Shown piece after piece: positions 53,989 to 64,000 of a stretch of 64,000 nt of DNA (its first letter is position 1; each line of letters begins with the position of its first letter). Below the pieces are notes generated by a model. The model was given only the letters and a program-made list of their open reading frames with translations. It had not been told where the DNA came from and did no database searches. The translations under genes and the position numbers were made by a program. Source of the stretch: Tubiluchus corallicola (Eukaryota > Animalia > Priapulida); the NCBI GenBank assembly GCA_030141605.1, contig JAQGDQ010000267.1, positions 186,001 to 250,000 on the forward strand, in the 5' to 3' direction.

Positions 53989-54531
53989 CAGTAAATTTGA
54001 AATGATGCAGCTTTGCTCAGGAAGTGCATGGATCATGGATATAAAAATTTAACTTAGCAAAGTACAACCGGGCCGAAAAAACGTTGAGTTAGGCGATATT
54101 GACCATTTTCCAGCACAGAAGCTTTAAACCCCTCCTCCAGACGGCGAGGTAAATAGAACGCAGAAAGTCAGCCCTTCCATTCAAAATGACAAGATTTGAT
54201 GACAATGACATAAAGAATAAATTAACATGATTTTTTTATGTTACAAAAGGACACATAAAAAATGTTACATAAGGACACATGACACGTACACAATACGGAA
54301 TAACTAATCCCAGAGAAAATAATCGGATGGCGTGACTTGTAAGACAGAATTTTCCCGGAAGACGATACTGTTTTTGAGTCGTACGAAACATTTTATTTTT
54401 GAGGGTATAAAATACATTTTTGAGTTGAGCGAAGTAAATTACATATATTTTGATTAAATGGACCATAATTTTTTATTTCAGTTAGGCAAAAATTTGAATT
54501 ATGCGCTTTTGAGTTACGCGGAGTTTACTTG
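53989..54531. mobile_element. Possible degenerate Tc1/mariner (pogo-like) MITE
   Basis: TA|CAGTAAA... at the left end and ...GAGTTTACTTG|TA at the right end; internal TTGAGTT(A/G) subterminal motifs. Confidence 0.3.
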
Positions 54532-55061
54532 TATAAACATCAAATAATATAGAAGTAATTCAAGAAGAATAACTTTTCTGTTTCAACAATGACATAGCAC
54601 TGGGCAGAATTCGGAACACGACACTTGAATGTAAACAGGCCAAAAAAAGAAAAATGAAGTGGTACTGTATACATTTGTCATTATTGTTGAATTTGGGTAA
54701 AAGTACTTTGCTGTACCTACAAACAACATAAAATTAACAATACGATATTACGTTCTACAATAAAGACTTGATAATACAGTATCTACAAATGTATTTCTTA
54801 CAGAAATGCAATGAGTAGTATATATACAAGTTCTACTGACACAGTTTACACTAATTATTTATGAATTTAAATTGACGCATCTTTGTAATTTCAGAGTAAT
54901 TTATTATTAACACATGCTATGTTCACTATGTTGCATTAAGTGTTACATAAAGCAAAGCAGGATTTAAAAAAAAACTACAAATACTTATTAAACAGTCATT
55001 TACAAAGGTTGAAGTGCTACTGATAATGTACAAAAAATATAAACAAACAGAATGGAAAACA

Positions 55062-58000
55062 TCAGACTCCCGCTCTCATTGGTGGAGAGATAAGAATGAC
55101 GCCGTCACCTCGCACAAACAACATTGGTATAGTTCTCTTTGTTTGCTGCAGAAATAAAATACAAATTACCATGGTAACAAACAGACAAATACAAACATAT
55201 ACAGATGAAACACCCTGCACAGTCAATCACATCTAATTCAAAATTATAATTGCTTACAAAAGATAAGCTCTCAAATGTCAATTAGTGAACAAGCAGCATT
55301 TACAAAAAACTAGATAGGAGACTGACTAGCAAAAATGTTACGTCAACAGTAAACGAAAACTAGAAAACAGTCCAAAGTAATGGACTGAATGGAGAAATGG
55401 AATGGAGGGAACAAACAAAAATAGAGAAATCAACAAATGCCTAATAATTAAATAGCACACAATTAATTAAATTTTGATAGCAAACTTCAGCTGATTCAGA
55501 TTCAGCATTGCTGAATTTGGTTAGCCAGCTATGAAGGAAAAACTTTGGACAGCGTTAACTATTGGTGACCTAGTGGTTAGGACATCTGCAATGCAAGCAG
55601 AAGGTTCTTGGTTTAATACTAGGATGCATCCCAATTTTTCCACATTTTCTGTCTTCCAAGGTTGGTATATCAAAATTTAATTAACTGCGGGTTTATAACT
55701 TTATCAATAGTAATTCTATTAATCTTGACATTAAGGATTCACTTAACCGGTTAATTATCAGTTAACCGTTAACCGGTACAGGTTAACCAGTTAATCAGTT
55801 CTAGGTAACATAGGAGGCCCTCTGTAAGTTGCAGACTAGATAGCTGGAGAACCAAATAAACAAGAAATTTACAAAGCAAACATATCAAGTGAAACTTTAG
55901 AGGAATATGTCAAATAAGAGCGAAACTTTTACACACAGAAACCCTGCAGAAAGCTGAAAAACCAACGATTAATTGGATTCTACAAGGCAGCCCTGACAGT
56001 GACAGAGCATGTTAGAGAATGATAAAGATCGGTTAACCGGTTACTTTTCATTAACCGGTTAACCTGTCCCAGTTCTGGTTATAACAATTAACAAATATCT
56101 AACCGCAACACTGACCTATTATTTCCATAATCAGGTGGAAAGGTCACTGATGTAAATGAATCTTAATAGATTTGATGACAGTATTGGTCATTTACAAAAA
56201 CGTGTAGCTCCACCCCTTGTTTACAAAGACTTGATACAGAATAGCATTAACAAATTTTTGTGATATTAGCATCAGCTATTTTCTAGAAACCCTCCATGAA
56301 CAAAGTAGGTAAACAAATACGTGAAATGGCACATTATACTCTGTTGGTCATTCACCAGCAAAGGGGTATAAGAGCATAACAAGTTATATTCCATACATGT
56401 AAACCATCTAAATACCTTATAAACTTCTTCATATGTTTCTTCATCAATTTCTACCATTGTTACTGTTTCTTCCACATCTCCTAAAATCATGTTTAAGTGT
56501 TGGTCGTAAGCCTGCATAAAGAAAGATAACAAAAAGAAATGTTTAAATAGTGTTCACGCAACTTTTAGTATAAATTTCACTAACCACTTACACGCTTGCC
56601 ACGCCTGTTCATATGCAGTGAGCACATACCTGTTCACACGCATCTCATATGACATTCATATGTCTGTTGCCGCAGCAAGTTTACAAGTGTGTAACATGTG
56701 GGTTGAACTGCTGGTTATAATTATTATAATAACATTGTAACTTGTTATTACACTATCAGTTTTGTAATAATTCTGCAATCACTCAAAACAAGGTCATGTG
56801 ACCGAAAATAGATTTGCTTGTCTACTGTGCATTATTACAAAACAAAAGTATGCACACAAAAAATCTCCAATTCGTCAAAACAATGTCACGTAATCAGTCA
56901 ATATGAAAGTGAAGTTCAAGCTCAAATAAAGGTGTAACAATGATCTGTCCGTTGCAGCATTTTTATTTGGAATTTCTAGTGGTGTATAGTAAAACAAATA
57001 AAGTCCAGTTTTTTTGGACAAGAGTGCATTTATGACCCCTTGGAGTGTTCACCATCACTACTATTCACTTGTCCTGCAATCATGAATAAGTGCTAACAGC
57101 ATCTTTAGTACTTTCAAATGATAACATACTGGGCAAAAAAAAATGAAATTAATAATAAATCTCCAAAAAAAACATTTCATATTAATACTGTGCTTCTGTA
57201 AAGCACTATATAATTGTATCTAAAGTAAATACATTACATGTAAACGGCCTCGTAGTTCTCTGTCACTTCTCATTTTCACATAGATTCTCTCATCAAGACT
57301 AAGCCTCACTAGATCCAAGGGTTCCTCTACAGCATTAACTGGTGCAGTCTACAAAATGCAAACACACAGGTTCAATCAGGTTTTGTAATTTGCATAATAA
57401 ATGTAGTTCAAATAATTACTACATTATGTAGATAATAACTAATTAGACTTTTAGCTTGCTGATTTTTTTTTAACATTTTGTTTATACACGAGGAAAAACC
57501 AAAAGGTTGGAGCATTTGTTCAGACATCATGAGCCAGATGAGCTCTTTTGTATTGTACTTTGTTTTACAGCATGTGGTCTATATTGATGTTAATGCATTC
57601 AATTAAATGTTGTTCAATTTTGTTAATTTCTTTCATAACAGAAAGTTTTCTAGAAAACAGAAAAACATTTCAGTGCATGTAAGAGCAAACTATAAGCAAA
57701 TATACAGTACATAATTTCTCTAGATTTACTAAAAATTCAGGAAGGGTCAAGAACATTCTCTTCACAGTTCATAAGGTGAATAGATATTAATGTGCATGCA
57801 AGATAAAACAAAGCTACCATTATTTCTGTAAAACCAATGGTATATGTCAGACTTCACAATAAAATCTAATTAAACCTATTTTATCTAGTATAAATAAATT
57901 ATGATATGATAATTTTTTGCCGATTGCATTTATAATGGATGAGATACAGCATGTCAGATGATTTCATAATCATTTAAGGTAACCACTTTCAGTTATACGA

Positions 58001-58696
58001 ATACAAATGTCTATCACATGCTACATAATATTAATTATTAAACAAATGAGGTAAACCATGAGTCAGGAAATCATGTTAATGAGTATGATTTCAGATGTAT
58101 GATTAGTGAAAGCCGAGGCAAGGCAGAAAGAGAGAAAGGATGATAGAGGTATAGAGAGAGCGAGAGATTTGATTTGATTTACTTTTTTATTTAAAACTTT
58201 CGCTTTTGTTCAACAGTAAAAGCTATTTACAATGAGAGAGAGAGAGAGAGAGAGAGAAATTTAGTGGCTGTTTGTGACAATTAGGTACAGCCATTTCCAT
58301 ACTAAGTCATTTGAAACAAGTTTAGATAGCATTGCGTAAAGTTTGAAAAACCAATCAGAACATTTGTAGTATACTGCAGTATATTATCAATGAGATAAAT
58401 AATGGGTTTTTTGGTGAATCATTGGTGCACACTATTATGGCGATGCACTACTGTTTCACCAGGTGGTGCAAACACTTTAAATTATTAAGACAATGGTTTT
58501 TCAATCACATAAGTCTTCAAATAAGTGTATGCCAGGTAATATAAGTTTATATGGAAAGTTCCATGGGATATATCTTAAAATTCCCTTTTCATCCTCTTTA
58601 AAAAAATGTCAGGTAGCACCAGTGTGTATGAAGCTAATTGAAAGTCTACACACAATGCAATGCAAAGAAATTCACCTGTTCAATTTCGTCAGCCAT
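55062..58696 (-). CDS. LSM3: U6 snRNA-associated Sm-like protein LSm3; exons 58696-58676, 57348-57238, 56511-56416, 55145-55062; 103 aa
   Basis: Splices to [103 protein letters not shown], very close to animal LSm3. All introns are phase 0 GT-AG; AATAAA at 54905-54900. Confidence 0.97.
55557..55631 (+). pseudogene. Degenerate tRNA-like sequence (tRNA pseudogene or SINE head; TGC anticodon) in an LSM3 intron
   Basis: A-box-like GACCTAGTGGTTAGGA, anticodon arm TCTGC-AATGCAA-GCAGA, decayed T arm CTTGG-TTTAATA-CTAGG; acceptor stem not intact. Confidence 0.5.
55740..56113. mobile_element. Probable hAT-like non-autonomous element relic with clustered (GG)TTAACC(GG) palindromic motifs
   Basis: Many TTAACCGGTTAA/GGTTAACC motifs near both ends; right end ...AACCGCAACACTG (reverse complement CAGTGTTGCGG). 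Confidence 0.4.
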
Positions 58697-59525
58697 GTTG
58701 GACTTTTGCGTCTTCTTCTTACTATAGTTTGATCAAGCTTATGCTAGTCGATGTGACACTCCAGTTTAAGTTATTCAAACCCTTCTACTGTCCTTGCTGC
58801 CGAGGATCCTGACCTCTAAAAATGACAGAATCATCAGCTAGTTAGGTTACAATAATCTTAGTGCAGTTTATAAGGTTGCAAACTTGTTAGTGAGTTGGCG
58901 GAGCTGCACGCCTAGCCTTAACACCAAAAGTCAAAAAATATAGGGGTTGCCACGACAGGAGCTATACCATACCACTGAAAACCAAACAACCAATTTCACT
59001 GAAATACCACGACTGAAGCCAATGTCTCGTCTAACGATGTGGGAAATCTTTGATTGGCATGGCTGAATCACGAGTAGTTTTCATTGCACATGCGTGTTCC
59101 GTCAGTTTTCTGACTGCCATTAATAATTATCTAAACATCTTGGCACTACTTTAATAGGGTCAAATGTTTATCCAGTATACCTGTTTGTTGTTTATTTACT
59201 GATCACTAATTTATGAACAATAATCTTGAAATTAATTTTACTTCTGCTTTTAAATAATTGTCGGAATATCCATGCTACTCGATTTAAATCCCGATCATCA
59301 TTTCTCCTCTCATTTGAAGTAAAGACCAGAAGCACATCATCTATTAGCATCAAACACACTTCTGAACATATATATCCGCGCCTATCGATAGTAGTACCGT
59401 AAAATAGTTTTTCAAGGCCAGTATATTATAACAAAGTTTAAGTAAATGCTACATATGTATTTATAAGGGATTAAACACCATAGGAGTATTTACGTTCAAG
59501 TCCAAGGGAAATTACAATTACATTC

Positions 59526-60309
59526 GAAAACTGTTACAAACTTTGCTGCAATTGTAATCTAGTCTAGTAATCAATGTCACCGTTTTCTGCAATCAATTAT
59601 ATTTGAAAACTGTTATAAACTTTGCTGCAATTGTAATCTAGTCTAGTAATCAATGTCACCGTTTTCTGCAATCAATTATATTTGAAAACTGTTACAAACT
59701 TTGCTGCAATTGTAATCTAGTCTAGTAATCAATGTCATCATTTTCTACAATCAATTACATTGGAAAACTGTTACAAACTCTGCTGCAATTATAATCTAGT
59801 CTAGTAATCAATGTCATCATTTTCTACAATCAATTACATTGGAAAACTGTTACAAACTCTGCTGCAATTGTAATCTAGTCTAGTAATCAATGTCACCGTT
59901 TTCTGCAATCAATTACGTTTGAAAACTGTTACAAACTTTGCTGCAATTGTAATCTAGTCTAGTAATCAATGTCACCATTTTCTGCAATCAATTACATTGG
60001 AAAACTGTTACAAACTCTGCTGCAATTATAATCTAGTCTAGTAATCAATGTCATCATTTTCTACAATCAATTACATTGGAAAACTGTTACAAACTCTGCT
60101 GCAATTGTAATCTAGTCTAGTAATCAATGTCACCGTTTTCTGCAATCAATTACGTTTGAAAACTGTTACAAACTTTGCTGCAATTGTAATCTAGTCTAGT
60201 AATCAATGTCACCATTTTCTGCAATCAATTACATTGGAAAACTGTTACAAACTCTGCTGCAATTATAATCTAGTCTAGTAATCAATGTCATCATTTTCTG
60301 CAATCAATT
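59526..60309. repeat. Minisatellite, about 10 copies of a 79-bp unit
   Basis: GAAAACTGTTA recurs at 59526, 59605, 59684, 59763 and onward to 60237, with no unique spacers. Confidence 0.97.
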
Positions 60310-61379
60310 CTTATAGATTAATCTGTGCTTTAAATTAAATTTACGCCAACACAATGGCTTTTTATCGAAATGTGAATGAAAGAATTTAAACTCGCTCAAA
60401 TAAAGTGGATGCAGCCATTTTTGCACGCGCTAGCCCATAATAGTTTCAGGGCAACAAATGCAAAAGCAACTCTGTGAAAATTTTTCTCAAAAGAGGGAAA
60501 TTTACTTTGCCGCTTCTCTGCAGAATAGAGTGATGCGCCTTGCCGTGCATTGAGGTGCGATGTACCATGAGGCCATACACAGTAAGGTAGTACACATTGA
60601 GGTGGCACATCGTACTGCAATACAAGGCAACACAGTGCACGGGGAGGCGGCAGAAGGGCAACTGTCCCAAATGCATGTATATATGTTCAAAAAAAGTTAT
60701 CAGAGCACAGTATATGAAGAAAGATAATTCACTTTCATTGTGGTTTTAACTGATTTAGTAATTTTCATTTTTATTTATAACTTCCAACAGCAACTAACTA
60801 ACAAGCCATTAAGCGTATGTGAATTAAAATGGAAAGTTTGTGGATCAAGAATGGATTGCATATTTGAAGCAATGTAGTGGCACAATTGTGGACAACTGCT
60901 AATAGCATAGTGCAGATTTCAGGAAGAATTGTTTGCTACGGATCGAGAAAGAACAGATCCACTTATCCTTGACTCCACACAGTATGCCATGAGGCGCAAC
61001 ATAGTGAGACAGTGCATGGGCCACGGCACATAGCGAGTTGGTACATGCTACGGCAGTATATATGTGGGGTTTCTGGCAGGCAGTGCTCAGAGAAGTAGAG
61101 GATTTTTCAATGTTCTGGAAAAATGTTAAACTCGCCTTACCATTTAGAAAAAGGATTCGGTATTAAAAATGCAAAAAGCGCCTCGTATAAACAGTAAAGT
61201 CACTTTAAAATCAGGATCATCTCATGCTTGGGCACTCCTATTTTGAAAGCCCATTCTTCCATTAATGACACCGTTCAAGAAATGCAGTGAGCTGCATGTT
61301 AATTTTCATCACAGTAAAATCAAGTTTTCACAAAAGTTACATAGCTACTTTTGCGATCCTTTCGTATGAACAGTAGGTA

Positions 61380-61861
61380 AGCTGCAATGAAATTTGAATT
61401 AGTTCAAGCAATGCGCGCTTACGAAAAATCACCAAGTCGACCAGTTACATCTAAGTTAGCAAATAAAATTAAAAGTCAGCTACCACCGCGCCTGGAAATT
61501 TCTACATTCAGCGGCTGTTTTTTGCAAATTTCTTTGATAGCTGCATTGAAATTTGAATTAGTTCAAACAATACGCGCTTACGAAAAATCACCAAGTCGAC
61601 CAGGTACATCTAAGTTAGCAAATAAAATTAAAAGTCAGCTACCACCGCGCCTGGAAATTTCTACATTCAGCGGCTGTTTTTTGCAAATTTCTTTGTTAGC
61701 TGCATTGAAATTTGAATTAGTTCAAGCAATACGCGCTTACGAAAAATCACCAAGTCGACCAGTTACATCTAAGTTAGCAAATAAAACTAAAGTAAAAGTC
61801 AGCTACCACCGCGCCTGGAAATTTCTACATTCAGCGGTTGTTCTTTGCAAATTTCTTTGTT
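61380..61861. repeat. Three tandem copies of a 159-bp unit
   Basis: AGCTGCA(A/T)TGAAATTTGAATTAGTTC recurs at 61380, 61539 and 61698. Confidence 0.95.
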
Positions 61862-64000
61862 ATATTTTTATAAGTTTAACTGATAACAGTGAAATCAACA
61901 AAATATGCTAACTGCCTTGTCCTTTCCTTTAACAGATGATACGATGCGAATACGTAAACAGGCTATAATAACCATTTTAATGCTATGGTAAAAAAGTTAC
62001 GGTTAGAAATTCTAAAAAAACTTATTTATTTAAAAGTGAACAATAAATTAAACTTACTTATCTTCTTCCCAAGTTCTGTCAGTAACGTTTTATTGATTTT
62101 AAAGAAAAATGTGTAAAAAACATCGAAAGCGCACCAGCATTTTACACAAAAACCAAAACAGCACAAGCCGAAATCTTTTTAACTGTCTAGCAGGATGCCA
62201 GGTTGTTCGCATTTGTTTCAGACGCTGCAGTATGCGTGACGAGTCTGCTGACACGTAGTTTTTGCTAATAATACTTTTAGTATTTAAGTCCTTACCCACT
62301 CACTAGGCTCTGTGTATTTTTAAATCTTAATATAATTTGTTTATCGCTCAAAAATTTATGTAATGCGAAAGACTACAACCATTAAAACAATAAAATAAGA
62401 TGAACCCTAAAATAATTATAGCCCATTATGAAAACAATAGGCTTCACTGCACAAGCTCCCATAATTAGCAAATTACTTAAATAATACTAAAGTTCCTTTT
62501 TTCACTTATAGGCCTACAGGCGAGAATACCTGACTGATATGTGTCATGATGTGTGTTCAGCAGCTACGGTAAATGTGACACTGCACCTGGTCAGTAAGTA
62601 TATGGGTGACTGTTTGCTTGTGGCCATTTTCCGTTTGCCACTGAGCGTTCAGGTACTGATATCTTTAAAGGAAATGCTCATTTGAACGTGGCTATAACAT
62701 ATCAATGCCAGTGCAGAGTCTCATCTTAGAAGATTATCTAAACAAATAATGAACTTGGTACCACAGCAATTACTTACATTGAGTACCTTTCTCCACTCAC
62801 AGAGGGATGAACCGCATCAAAAACAATCTGGCTAGTAATCCACTTCATATATTCACACCATGCAGCATTTGGAAAAACTGACACTATAGCAGAAATTAAG
62901 AAACAACATATAAGTTACAGACTGATATGACATCACCACAGAAGTGGAAAGCTTGAATCGACCACAGATATCTTTTTAAGCATTATATACTTTACACTGG
63001 TCATGTAGGGAAAAACATACCTATGTCTCAACCTCATTTCCTATGACATCATGTTACACATGTACACAACTAAAACAATCAGTTGGTTACTACAAGCAAA
63101 ATAACCCTGTAGTGCCGTTGTAACAACAAATATACACTGTGAAAAGGCATCATAGTACAATATGTCAGTAGATGATGTCATATCCTTGGAAACCATGTTG
63201 ATGATTGATCTTCCTGCTATGGCAGAGGTCTTTCCAATGCACACAAATACTTGAATTTCCCAATTTTTAGTTAAATGTTACTTATATCGTTATGCAAGCT
63301 AACCTAGTGAAGAAACTGTTTGAACTACTTTTAAATTTTTGTTCATTTCCTCTATAACATCAACTTTTGTTTTTGCACATTGGATAATTAAATCAAGCAG
63401 GTGTTCATTTTCAAAAATTTCTAAAACAAAGCTCTACTAAACATGTTAAAACAATGAACAGTGGTGATAATGAGAACAACAAGGTTTAATGACAATGGCA
63501 ACAGACAATTCACAACAAACTAGTAAGTGCACAATTTGATGAAACAAAAAAATTATAATTGATGCTCATCAATCTAAAGTTTTAATGGCAGAAATCTAGC
63601 ACAGTTAAAAAAACCATGGCTCATTTATTGGGTGAAAATTAAAAATTAAAAAGATTGACTGAAAAATAATTATCAAGTAACGTCGTACCAGGTTCATGTA
63701 TGGTATTTTACCTGCCACTGTTATATTGGAGAGTATAGATATACCCCTATATTGATAATAGCCATAAACATTATAACAGCTAGAACTACTACAACTTCTT
63801 TTTGAATTATATATAAAGAATTAGTTGGGTTTAATCATCAATACTAAATTTCTTAAGCATCCACATAGCCCTAGCAGCTCACAACAAGTACAAAAAAGAA
63901 ACTATGTAATAAACATACATCAGCACTCTGTAGGAATGGTAAAAATTCAAGTTTTAGACAAAATATGAGCCACTTAACATACATTTTATCTCAGATACAA

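Noticed and set aside
55557-55631. Functional tRNA-Ala gene
   Set aside because: The B-box (TTCGA) and acceptor stem are degenerate, so it is kept only as a relic.
59526-60309. Regular repeat array resembling CRISPR
   Set aside because: The units are contiguous 79-bp copies with no unique spacers, there are no cas genes, and the context is eukaryotic.
62512-62568. Plus-strand 57-nt candidate exon sharing RREYL with the G-alpha-like protein
   Set aside because: The match is too short to distinguish from chance, and no flanking exons were found.

Overview
AT-rich metazoan (invertebrate-type) genomic DNA with spliceosomal GT-AG introns; it is not prokaryotic. I built the gene models by hand, checking splice sites and reading phase. 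(1) A 21-coding-exon MET/RON (HGF-receptor-family) receptor tyrosine kinase on + (18435-51554; Sema-PSI-IPT x4-TM-kinase, about 1331 aa). (2) A complete two-exon, about 345-aa, highly divergent G-protein alpha-like gene nested antisense in the intron that interrupts the start of the receptor's transmembrane segment (45086-46592). Its P-loop Ser, switch-I Arg and G3 Asp are substituted and it lacks lipidation motifs, so it looks like a pseudo-GTPase. (3) A four-exon LSM3 gene on - (55062-58696). (4) The 5' part of a single-domain rhodanese-like gene on - (149-2062), not recovered in the ORF track, with the catalytic Cys replaced by Ser. The window also holds MITE-like elements, probable LINE 3' tails, a tRNA-derived relic, (GA)n microsatellites and several tandem repeats, one with a higher-order structure. 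Most other ORFs in the track are microsatellite or intronic noise.
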